From Candidatus Yonathbacteria bacterium CG_4_8_14_3_um_filter_46_25 (GTDB taxonomy: Bacteria; Patescibacteriota; Minisyncoccia; Phycocordibacterales; UBA1539), in NCBI GenBank assembly GCA_002788135.1, contig PFQT01000053.1, positions 1-39,862 of the forward strand: DNA of 39,862 nucleotides, in the 5' to 3' direction. This document shows, one piece after another, positions 1 to 7,867 of this stretch. The translations under genes and the position numbers were made by a program. Every line of letters starts with the position of its first letter. Position 1 is the stretch's first letter. Below the pieces are notes generated by a model. That model was not told the origin of the DNA, made no database searches, and saw nothing but the letters and a program-made list of their open reading frames with translations.

Positions 1-184
1 CAGTCATTTTCTGGCAGTATTTTCGTGTTTCCCATTGTTTTCAAAGTGCTCGTCTACTGTCAACTATACACTGACCCAGTGCAAGTATTAGCCATTCCTC
101 CGAGAATGAGGTAACGTGGGAGTGTCGCAACAGAAAGGCGCACCATGGCCACCCCATCGCGGATGGTCGTCTAATCCGCCCTTA

Positions 185-230
185 AAAATGCCACAGGCGG
201 CATCCAATCGGATGCCGCCTGTGGCATTTT
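185..230 (-). terminator. Perfect 21-bp hairpin downstream of ahpC, probable (possibly bidirectional) intrinsic terminator
   Basis: AAAATGCCACAGGCGGCATCC-aatc-GGATGCCGCCTGTGGCATTTT, A/T tracts at both ends, 20 bp past the ahpC stop. Confidence 0.75.
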
Positions 231-250
231 AACAATGGACACGGCATCAA

Positions 251-898
251 TTATATCTTCCCCACTAGATCAAGTCCCGGCTCAAGATCATCGTCACCCG
301 GTTTCCAACTTGCCGGGCATACATGTCCCGCGTGCTCGGAAACATATTTTGCCGCCTGTAATTTTCGATACAGTTCCGCGGCGCTTCGCCCGATATCATT
401 ATGGTTGATCTCCAATGATTTCAAAACGCCTTCGGGGTCAATAAGGAACGTTCCGCGAAGCGAAACACCTTCTTCATAAATATACGTCCCGAACATTTTT
501 GATAATTCTCCCGTACGGTCGGCAATCATCGGATAGGTAACCTTCCCTATCGCTTCCGAGGTATCGTGCCATGCTTTGTGTACCTCAATGGTGTCCGTAC
601 TTATCGACAAAATTTCCGCGCCCTCTTTTTGGAACTTCCCATAGTAATTTTGCATTTCCTCCAATTCGGTAGGACACACAAACGTGAAGTCTTTTGGATA
701 AAAGAAAAGTATGAGCCATTTTCCCCGATAATCAGACAGGTTGATCTTCTTCTCCTCATCGTTATGATAGGCAGACAGATCCATATCGGGGACAGTGTCC
801 CCTATCTCGATCGTGTATTCTCCCCACTGATCATGCGCGCCGCACCCATCGCACGCGCCAGTGCAATTGCCACACATGTCTTTTTCATCTTTATTCAT
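251..898 (-). CDS. ahpC: 2-Cys peroxiredoxin (AhpC/Prx1) with Cys-rich N-terminal extension
   Basis: FFYPKDFTFVCPTE peroxidatic motif, RGTFLIDPEG, C-terminal VCPASW resolving Cys. Confidence 0.93.
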   Translation of the reverse strand: MNKDEKDMCGNCTGACDGCGAHDQWGEYTIEIGDTVPDMDLSAYHNDEEKKINLSDYRGKWLILFFYPKDFTFVCPTELEEMQNYYGKFQKEGAEILSISTDTIEVHKAWHDTSEAIGKVTYPMIADRTGELSKMFGTYIYEEGVSLRGTFLIDPEGVLKSLEINHNDIGRSAAELYRKLQAAKYVSEHAGHVCPASWKPGDDDLEPGLDLVGKI

Positions 899-973
899 GA
901 TATTTTTAGAAAATTAAATTGATAAGCCATTTTGATGATTGGTAAAAATCATACTACCGTATATTATAGAGAG

Positions 974-1888
974 ATGCAAGAAACAGAAAAGAAATTGAAC
1001 GAAAGACCGAAGATCCTTGCAGTTATTGGTCAAACCGCGTCCGGCAAGAGCGATCTAGCGGTCGTGTTGGCAAAAAAATTCAATGGAGAAGTGGTGTCAG
1101 CTGATTCGCGACAGGTGTATCGTAGAATGAACATCGGCACCGGAAAAATAACAAAAAAGGAGATGCGGAGCGTCCCCCACTATCTGCTCGATGTTATAGA
1201 TCCTCAGTCAACATTCACCGTTGCGCGGTATAAAAAGCACGCTGAGAAAGCGATACACGGTATTCTGCGACGTGGCAAGTTGCCGATACTGTGCGGAGGT
1301 ACCGGATACTATGTGCAAACAATTACTGGTGGCACGAATATCCCTTCGGTAAAACCCAACACTGCTCTGCGGAAACGCCTTGAATATGCGGGAACGCCGG
1401 AACTTTTCGCCATACTAAAACGACTCGATCCGCGGCGCGCGGGAGAAATTGATCAACACAATCGCCGACGACTCGTCCGTGCCATCGAGATTGTAAATTA
1501 TCTCGGGGTTGTGCCGTTAATAGAAAATACCCCGCGCTATGACGTTCTCTCTATCGGAATCAAGACAAACGACCAAATACTCAAAGAAAAGATCGCGACG
1601 CGGCTCCATGCGCGCATTCGACACGGCATGATAGCGGAAGCAAAGCGTTTGCACGATGATGGTGTGTCATGGAAACGAATGGAAGAAATTGGACTTGAAT
1701 ATAAACATCTCGCACTCCATCTGCAAGGAAAATTATCGCGCGAAGAGATGGAACGGCAACTCACCGCCGCGATCTGGCAGTATGCAAAACGCCAAAAGAC
1801 GTGGTTCAAACGCGACAAAACAATTCACTGGATCAACGCAAAAGAAATAAAGGAAGTAGAGCAGTTGGTGAAAGGATTTCTTAAGTAA
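974..1888 (+). CDS. miaA: tRNA dimethylallyltransferase
   Basis: GQTASGKS P-loop, SADSRQVY, GGTGYY, YAKRQKTWF; start moved to ATG 974. Confidence 0.95.
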   Translation: MQETEKKLNERPKILAVIGQTASGKSDLAVVLAKKFNGEVVSADSRQVYRRMNIGTGKITKKEMRSVPHYLLDVIDPQSTFTVARYKKHAEKAIHGILRRGKLPILCGGTGYYVQTITGGTNIPSVKPNTALRKRLEYAGTPELFAILKRLDPRRAGEIDQHNRRRLVRAIEIVNYLGVVPLIENTPRYDVLSIGIKTNDQILKEKIATRLHARIRHGMIAEAKRLHDDGVSWKRMEEIGLEYKHLALHLQGKLSREEMERQLTAAIWQYAKRQKTWFKRDKTIHWINAKEIKEVEQLVKGFLK

Positions 1889-1908
1889 GAGGTTGTTTTT
1901 CGCAACAG

Positions 1909-2121
1909 TGCTTTCATGCGGGCGCTCGGGGAATTGGCGTCAGCTCACATCAATCCCGCCGAATGCGGGATTGTGTGGCTCCTGCCCGGACTCGCCTGTC
2001 GCAAAGCGACATGGCTCCGTCTTTCAATTCCCTACGCGAGGCAAGTAGTTGCCTCGCTCATCGCCCTTTACGCTTAAAAAGCGCCGTTGTTGATGCTTTC
2101 ATGCGGGCGCTGAGGGAATTG
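1909..2121 (-). repeat. Direct repeat of tRNA-Trp 3' end (1909-1936 vs 2094-2121) enclosing a multi-hairpin element
   Basis: TGCTTTCATGCGGGCGCT(CG/GA)GGGAATTG, 26/28 identical. Confidence 0.8.
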
Positions 2122-2174
2122 AACCCCCGACCGCGGTTTTGGAGACCGCTATTATGCCACTTAACTAAGCGCCC
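2104..2174 (-). tRNA. trnW: tRNA-Trp (CCA), 3' CCA not encoded
   Basis: Acceptor stem GGGCGCT/AGCGCCC, anticodon arm GCGGT-CTCCAAA-ACCGC, T-loop GTTCAATTC. Confidence 0.95.
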
Positions 2175-2214
2175 AGAAACTGTTTCGAATTATAGCAAAG
2201 CACTGGACGAAAAA

Positions 2215-2373
2215 CTACTTTTTCGCTTCCTTATGAACCGTATGCTTTTTACACCACCGGCAATGCTTCTTAAGTTCAATCTTACGCTCAACGCTTTTTC
2301 TATTCTTTCGGCTCCAATAGTTGATCCGTTTGCAATCATGACATGCCAATTTTATTAGGTGATCTTGTGACAT
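2215..2373 (-). CDS. rpmG: 50S ribosomal protein L33 (Zn-ribbon C+ form), 52 aa, below the ORF-track cutoff
   Basis: Hand translation MSQDHLIKLACHDCKRINYWSRKNRKSVERKIELKKHCRWCKKHTVHKEAKK; two CxxC motifs; adjacent to tRNA-Trp. Confidence 0.93.
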   Translation of the reverse strand: MSQDHLIKLACHDCKRINYWSRKNRKSVERKIELKKHCRWCKKHTVHKEAKK

Positions 2374-2457
2374 AAAAGTATCTATATTCTTGCGCCGACA
2401 TACGGCTAATCCACACTAGAGTAATATAAACAGACTAAAAAAGCAACTATTTTGTTA

Positions 2458-3612
2458 TCACGGGAGATATATACGCTTAATGAGCGGATTGATCCGTGTT
2501 ACCACCTCATAATTGATCGAGTCTGACATTCGCGCCAAATCGTCGACGGTAACATGCTTCCCGTCCTGCTCGCCGATAATGACAACTTCGTCCCCGGGTG
2601 CCGCTTTTGGCACATCCGTAACATCAAGTACAACCATATCCATCGAAACACGACCGACAACGCGCGCGCGGCGCCCTCGCACCAGCATTGACCCAACACT
2701 CGAAAACACTCGCGAATAACCGTGCCAATACCCGATCGGGACGACCGCGATTTTTGTCTTCCGCTCAAGCGTTTCCGTCAGATCATACCCAACACCCATA
2801 CCCGCTTCAAGTTCTTTTGTTTCGCCGATAATAGTCTTCCATGAGAGTATCGGAGCAAGCGAAAATTTCCGACTCGCAAACGCCTCAACCTCTTTGGATG
2901 GCCAAAGACCATACGACCCGATCCCGATACGCACCATGTCAAAATGCGCTTCTGGAAAGAGAACGGCACCCGATGTTGCGGCGGCATGGGTGACCGGCAC
3001 AAGACCGAGACGTTTGAATTCATTGATCCATTGTTTGAGAAGAGCAATCTGCCCGACGGTATAGGCGGGAAAAGAGGGATTCTTTGCTACGGCAAAATGA
3101 GTATAGAGTCCCTCAACGGCAAGTTTGTTTTTTTTACCAGTAACAAGACGCATTACGTCAGGAAGTTCACCGATGAGAAAGCCTTGCCGATGCATTCCCG
3201 TATCAACTTTGACATGAAGATTCGGACATTTTTCGGAAGGATATCGGGCAATCTCTTTCAGAGCCGCCATATTTGAAACCGTGATGCTTATGTTATATTT
3301 TCGCGCTTCAGCGATCCTACCATCCAGCGTATGCCCAAGCACAAGAATCGGCGCGCCAACCCCTTCACGACGTAGAGCAATACCCTCAACAATAGAGTCA
3401 ACCCCAAGCCAATCAACGCCGATTGTCACGATCTCTTTCGAAAAAGAGATGAGGTCGTGCCCGTATGCGTTCGATTTAACAACCGCCATCAAACTGCACG
3501 TCTTAGGTATAACAGAGCGAAATATTTTGTAATTGTGCGCTATCGCTTTTCGGTCGATCTCAATCCACGTCCGCAGTTCATTTTTCGTTTGTTTTGCGCC
3601 ATTGAGAAGCAT
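2458..3612 (-). CDS. alr: Alanine racemase
   Basis: AVVKSNAYGH PLP-lysine motif, KVDTGMHRQG, GRVSMD, INYEVVTRI. Confidence 0.95.
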   Translation of the reverse strand: MLLNGAKQTKNELRTWIEIDRKAIAHNYKIFRSVIPKTCSLMAVVKSNAYGHDLISFSKEIVTIGVDWLGVDSIVEGIALRREGVGAPILVLGHTLDGRIAEARKYNISITVSNMAALKEIARYPSEKCPNLHVKVDTGMHRQGFLIGELPDVMRLVTGKKNKLAVEGLYTHFAVAKNPSFPAYTVGQIALLKQWINEFKRLGLVPVTHAAATSGAVLFPEAHFDMVRIGIGSYGLWPSKEVEAFASRKFSLAPILSWKTIIGETKELEAGMGVGYDLTETLERKTKIAVVPIGYWHGYSRVFSSVGSMLVRGRRARVVGRVSMDMVVLDVTDVPKAAPGDEVVIIGEQDGKHVTVDDLARMSDSINYEVVTRINPLIKRIYLP

Positions 3613-3630
3613 AGTGTCCTTGATTGTAGC

Positions 3631-3798
3631 AAAAAAAATCCCCCCGTGCCATTTGCGGCAACGATGGGGGGCGAACCTGGGCGACCTCTACCAAAAGAGC
3701 GGGAGGGGGGATGGGACCGCGCATCGGGATAGAGACCGTCCCAGGTCCGCCATATAGGTCGATGAGAGGCGGAGGAGGAACTCATCAACCTATATCTA
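3631..3798 (-). ncRNA. Candidate ~168-nt structured RNA (sRNA or alr leader): two long hairpins plus terminator
   Basis: Promoter directly upstream; stems at 3752-3795 and 3670-3751 whose plus-strand A-C mismatches are G-U pairs on the minus strand; GC hairpin + T8 at 3631-3670. Confidence 0.6.
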
Positions 3799-3804
3799 CT
3801 ATAA

Positions 3805-3832
3805 ATTTTACTCGACTTTTTTTATTTGTCAA
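3805..3832 (-). promoter_or_regulatory. sigma70-type promoter
   Basis: TTGACA (3832-3827), 16 nt, TAAAAT (3810-3805). Confidence 0.65.
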
Positions 3833-3921
3833 CCCCCTGTTCTCAACACCGACATTTGCCCCGTAAATGTCGGGCATCTACAGACAGGACACGTGAATTC
3901 TGGTCTACAGTGCATCTGTAA

Positions 3922-5352
3922 TTAGTATCGTTTCCATAGAGAATCTTTTTTAATGCTTATTCCCAAATCAACTCTTTGTCTATTAGATATTTCAGCAGGC
4001 GCGTTCATTATTAAGTCTTTACCATCGCCAGTCTTCGCGAAAGCAATCACTTCTCTTATATTTAGTTCTTGTTCAAGAATCATCATGAGTCTATCGAAAC
4101 CCCACGCAATGCCTCCATGGGGGGGAGCCCCAAGTTCCAATGCTTTCAACATATGGCCAAAATTATTTTCTATTCTCTCATTGTTGTAACCCATAATTTC
4201 GAAAGTAGTTCGGAGAGCGGAAGGTTTGTGGTTCCTTATGCTTCCACCCCCAATTTCAAGCCCATTCAAAGTAATGTCGTATTGCGTGGTAAGAATTTCT
4301 CCAATACTCTCTTTGCTCATAAATTTTTCAAAATCTTCGTCTCTTGGTTTTGAAAAAGGATTGTGAGTGAACGTCCACTCGCCGGTGCCATCAACATTAT
4401 CTTCTCCTGTCTTTTCAAACATGGGAAAATCTACAATCCAAAGAAATGCAAGAAGATTTGCGTCTGTCTTGTCTTCTCTTATATCAGGTCTGTCATTTCC
4501 ATACTTCCCCATTGCTTCTTTATAAGGCATTCTCGGAAAGGGTATTTGTTGTATTCTTTTTTCAGGATAATATTTTTCTACAATAGAAATCAATATTTTC
4601 TCATTTAGCTGAATAATATCTTCTTCGGTAACAAAAGACATTTCCATATCAAGCTGGGTAAACTCAGGTTGCCTGTCGCCACGAGTATCTTCATCTCGCA
4701 TACAGCGTGCAAATTGAAAATACTTTTCAAAACCACTAACCATTAAAAGTTGTTTATATTGTTGTGGAGATTGAGGAAGAGAATAAAAGCTTCCTTTGTA
4801 AATTCTACTTGGCACAACATATGAACGAGATCCTTCGGGCGTCGGTGCAGATAAAAGGGGCGTTTCTATTTCTAAAAAGCCATCTTTTTCAAGATAATTT
4901 CGAATGAAATTTTGAATTTTAAATCTATTTGCAATATTTTTGTGCATTCTGTCGCTTCGTAAATCCAAATATCTGTATTTAAGACGAATAGATTCGTTCA
5001 CCTCTCTAGTATCACCACTAATCGGGAACGGCAAAGTTGCCGATTCATTTAAAACATTGATGTGCAAAATCTCAAGTTCTATATCTCCATTTAGTATTCC
5101 TGATTTTTTATTTTTCTCGGGTCTTTCATTAACCTTTCCGGTAATTTCAACTACAAATTCTTCTCGTAGAGTTTTACCAATCTCCATTGCGTTACTATTC
5201 GGCAATATCACACCTTGTATGATGCCTGATGTATCACGAAAATCCAAAAAAATCATTTTCCCTTGATCACGACGAACATTTATCCAACCATAAATAATCA
5301 CCGTTTCCTGTTTTTTTTCTGATAATTCATTTATGTAGGTTCTTTGCTTCAT
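3922..5352 (-). CDS. aspS: Aspartate--tRNA ligase, short bacterial type lacking the GAD insertion
   Basis: OB-fold N-terminus, LKYRYLDLR, LPQSPQQYKQLLM, RDED..DRQPEFTQLDMEMSF, GAPPHGGIAWGFDRL; 476 aa. Confidence 0.93.
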   Translation of the reverse strand: MKQRTYINELSEKKQETVIIYGWINVRRDQGKMIFLDFRDTSGIIQGVILPNSNAMEIGKTLREEFVVEITGKVNERPEKNKKSGILNGDIELEILHINVLNESATLPFPISGDTREVNESIRLKYRYLDLRSDRMHKNIANRFKIQNFIRNYLEKDGFLEIETPLLSAPTPEGSRSYVVPSRIYKGSFYSLPQSPQQYKQLLMVSGFEKYFQFARCMRDEDTRGDRQPEFTQLDMEMSFVTEEDIIQLNEKILISIVEKYYPEKRIQQIPFPRMPYKEAMGKYGNDRPDIREDKTDANLLAFLWIVDFPMFEKTGEDNVDGTGEWTFTHNPFSKPRDEDFEKFMSKESIGEILTTQYDITLNGLEIGGGSIRNHKPSALRTTFEIMGYNNERIENNFGHMLKALELGAPPHGGIAWGFDRLMMILEQELNIREVIAFAKTGDGKDLIMNAPAEISNRQRVDLGISIKKDSLWKRY

Positions 5353-5356
5353 AATT

Positions 5357-5566
5357 TTATTTCATTAAAACATCAAGCGAAACGCCCAAGGCGTCCGCAA
5401 TTTTTTTAACCGTACCAATGGTAGGGTTAGGCGTTGAACCAGCCTCTATTTTAGCAATAGTATGAAAAGCCAAATTTGACTTTTTCGAGAGGACATCTTG
5501 AGAAATACCGAGTTTATTTCGGTGTTTCTTTATATTGTCCCCAATTATGGATTTTTTGTTTGACAT
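5357..5566 (-). CDS. XRE/Cro-family helix-turn-helix protein
   Basis: IKKHRNKLGISQDVLS...TIAKIEAG..PNPTIGTVKKIADALGVSLD pattern. Confidence 0.88.
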   Translation of the reverse strand: MSNKKSIIGDNIKKHRNKLGISQDVLSKKSNLAFHTIAKIEAGSTPNPTIGTVKKIADALGVSLDVLMK

Positions 5567-5966
5567 ATTCGTGTATGTTTTACTGTTATAGTTAGTATGT
5601 ATATAAAATCTTAACTATATACAAGTTAGTATATGAAATATTTACCATTCAGTCAAACAAAAATAGTGAGCTCTCTTTTAGAATTGCTCGCCTGCGCTAT
5701 CGCTCCGGTGACAACCTCGCAGAAATTTCCCCCTACAATTTTTCTTTTGCGCGCGCCCCCTGAAAAAAAGGTAAGGGAAATTTCTACTCGGTTCCGCCCT
5801 CCAAGTATTCGGGCGGGATGGGACGACGATTTCCCGGAGGATCCCTGATAGGTGGAGGAAGACGCGATAAGGAATTCATCCACGACCTGGGCGACGGCAT
5901 GAGCCGCTCAAAAGCATCGACTACGAGGCCATGTAATCGATTACGATAGAGCCCGCGTCGTCTAGC

Positions 5967-6020
5967 TGTCAAGAGTTATCCACACAACATCTTGACGGCA
6001 AAAATCCAGGGGTGTACGAT
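5967..6020. promoter_or_regulatory. Divergent promoters around a perfect DnaA box
   Basis: TTATCCACA at 5976-5984; plus-strand TTGACG(5992)-17-TACGAT(6015); minus-strand TTGACA at 5972-5967 with a weaker -10. Confidence 0.55.
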
Positions 6021-6052
6021 GGGATAGTTCCTCAAAAGGGAACAACCCCATC

Positions 6053-6177
6053 GGTCCCCCGCCCACAAAGGCAGGGGACCATTTTTTTGTACAACTCCCC
6101 CATATACGACATCGCAAGTCGTATATGGGGGAGTTTAAAAAGAATACCGCCTTGCGTCATAGACGCAAGGCGGTATT
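6053..6177. terminator. Three tandem hairpins (6053-6088 with T-tract; 6093-6135, 18-bp perfect; 6143-6177, 16-bp perfect)
   Basis: GGTCCCC..GGGGACC-ATTTTTTT; AACTCCCCCATATACGAC/GTCGTATATGGGGGAGTT; AATACCGCCTTGCGTC/GACGCAAGGCGGTATT. Confidence 0.7.
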
Positions 6178-6318
6178 TGTTAGTACACTTTTTTGTCCTT
6201 ATCCGCGCGATGTTGGAATCCTCCTTTGAAAGAGGAACCTCACACGCGGCCATGGCAGACGCTCTTTTGGAATTCGCCTTTTGGCGAAACCTCAAACGTT
6301 TGCTCGGACGAAACTACC

Positions 6319-7500
6319 CTACCGCACCGTCGCGGCGAACTCGTGAACAACCGAATCGTCCTGGATGACGATTCCGAGGTGCCGCCGCGAGGTGGCGGAA
6401 CGGCGCAAGCTTCCCACGACGTTCTTGGGAAGCACCGGCTCGTCCGAGCCGGCGAGAAGGAGTTTCACCTCCTCACTACGCGGATCGATGGGGATCCGCA
6501 CGATCGTCCCCCCGTCTCCCCTGGTCATGTCGCCAGGGAGGCGGAACGAGAACGCCATGCGATCAACCTCGTCCGCGATTGTCGCATGTGCGTCAATCGC
6601 GTCCCGCAGGTCATCCTGCAGATCCGCCATTGCCCTATCGGCCTCGGCGAACAGCGCTTCGGCCTGGTCGGCGCGCTTCGCGGCCTCTTTTGCGTGGCCG
6701 GCAAGTCCGCGTGCGGTCTCCTCAACGCCCTTCCGCACATCACGCTGATGGAGCGCGATGATGCAAAGAAGAAGCGTGGCGGCGAAAAGCCATCCTTCCG
6801 GGGCCGTGAAGCCCCGGATTCGCTCGATCGCCGTCGCCACAGTCAGTGGCGGATTCACGGGGGGGATGACCTCCGAAAGAATCTTGTCGATCCCCGCGGC
6901 GATCACGGCAAGGCGCGTCGAGAGCGCGGACATGTGCGTCTCGATGCCGTCAAACCGCGCGATCGCGGCGGCGAGCGCGTCCTTTAAAGCCGCGACCTGC
7001 GACTCAAGGTCGGCGACCTGCGCTCGCGCGGCAACAACAATCGGCAGAGCCGCGACATCAAGTGGCTCCATGTTGGCGAGCGCGTAACTCACCGCGCCCC
7101 CTGCCCGCCGCTCAAGCACGACATTCGCGGGCAGGGTGACGGTGTTTGGCGGCACCACTGACCCGTCAGCCATGCGGACGACGTACGTCGTCCCGACGGC
7201 TCCGGGTCGTGCCGAAGCCATCCACACGCCAGCCGAGAGGTGGCGAAACGCCTCGTCGGAACAATCCGCCATGGCGTTTACGACACAAAACTCCTCGAGA
7301 AACTCCTCGAGGGTGACGTCAGGACGGTAAAACTGGTTCCAGATGTCCCACGCCGTTCCCCCCGGCTGGAGCTCGTACTCCTCAACTGAACGGATAACCA
7401 AGTTATCCGTCGAAGGAGCGGCGATGGCGCTGTCCGCGATGGCTGGCATATCATGCATCACTACGAGTACTGCGACGAGTACTGCGACGATCATTTTCAT
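6319..7500 (-). CDS. Hypothetical exported/membrane protein: signal peptide, LysM-like N-terminus, coiled coils flanking one TM helix
   Basis: AAGGAG SD before ATG 7500; MKMIVAVLVAVLVV signal; YELQPGGTAWDIW...N...L..G; heptads; WLFAATLLLCIIAL TM. Confidence 0.75.
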   Translation of the reverse strand: MKMIVAVLVAVLVVMHDMPAIADSAIAAPSTDNLVIRSVEEYELQPGGTAWDIWNQFYRPDVTLEEFLEEFCVVNAMADCSDEAFRHLSAGVWMASARPGAVGTTYVVRMADGSVVPPNTVTLPANVVLERRAGGAVSYALANMEPLDVAALPIVVAARAQVADLESQVAALKDALAAAIARFDGIETHMSALSTRLAVIAAGIDKILSEVIPPVNPPLTVATAIERIRGFTAPEGWLFAATLLLCIIALHQRDVRKGVEETARGLAGHAKEAAKRADQAEALFAEADRAMADLQDDLRDAIDAHATIADEVDRMAFSFRLPGDMTRGDGGTIVRIPIDPRSEEVKLLLAGSDEPVLPKNVVGSLRRSATSRRHLGIVIQDDSVVHEFAATVR

Positions 7501-7780
7501 CTTCTCTCCTTGCTGTGGTCTCACGACTTCGCGTGAGACCTATTGATGTGGCGAGCACGCGAGCACGTTTTTCGCGGTTCGCGGTAATTCTTTGCTCCTT
7601 CTTTTGGCTTTTGGAAGTGGTTGTAAAAGTCCTTCTCTCCTGTATTCATTGCAACGGCGGACAAGGGAGTTTTTTCCCTCAAATCCAGCCATTATTGGCA
7701 TATTTCAACACAATAACGCAATAATCGTGCTTTCGTAATCTCGGTTCTTTCTACCCTAAATCAATCATTTTGTCAATCCG

Positions 7781-7809
7781 TAGCTATAAAGGTCCGACCT
7801 TTATAGCTA
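7781..7809. repeat. Perfect 29-bp palindrome centred on GTC-C-GAC
   Basis: TAGCTATAAAGGTC-C-GACCTTTATAGCTA. Confidence 0.85.
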
Positions 7810-7814
7810 TATTC

Positions 7815-7856
7815 AAAAAAAGGCCCTGCGTCGAGAAATATGCTCGACACAGGGCC
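7815..7856 (-). terminator. Intrinsic terminator of the 9795-7868 operon
   Basis: GGCCCTGTGTCGAG/CTCGACGCAGGGCC stem followed by T7 on the minus strand. Confidence 0.8.
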
Positions 7857-7867
7857 GGAAAAGAACT

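Noticed and set aside
90-180. Fluoride-riboswitch-like GGCCATGGTGCGCCT on the minus strand
   Set aside because: Only partial resemblance; the downstream conserved elements were not found.
1963-2358. 131-aa plus-strand ORF
   Set aside because: Overlaps tRNA-Trp and rpmG on the opposite strand; no motif.
3631-3798. 6S RNA or SRP RNA identity for the structured RNA
   Set aside because: It folds as separate hairpins, not one closed rod with a central bubble, and no SRP domain IV motif was seen; left unassigned pending Rfam.
5976-5984. Replication origin suggested by DnaA boxes
   Set aside because: Boxes are isolated singles (5976, 32379, 38581), with no cluster and no dnaA/dnaN nearby.
7517-7540. 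Paired BsaI sites (GGTCTC...GAGACC) suggesting a synthetic cloning scar
   Set aside because: Explained by a natural 9-bp hairpin; no vector sequence nearby.
7521-7649. 42-aa minus-strand ORF (MNTGEKDFYNHF...) upstream of the 7500 gene
   Set aside because: No SD, no motif and no other support; may just be leader sequence.
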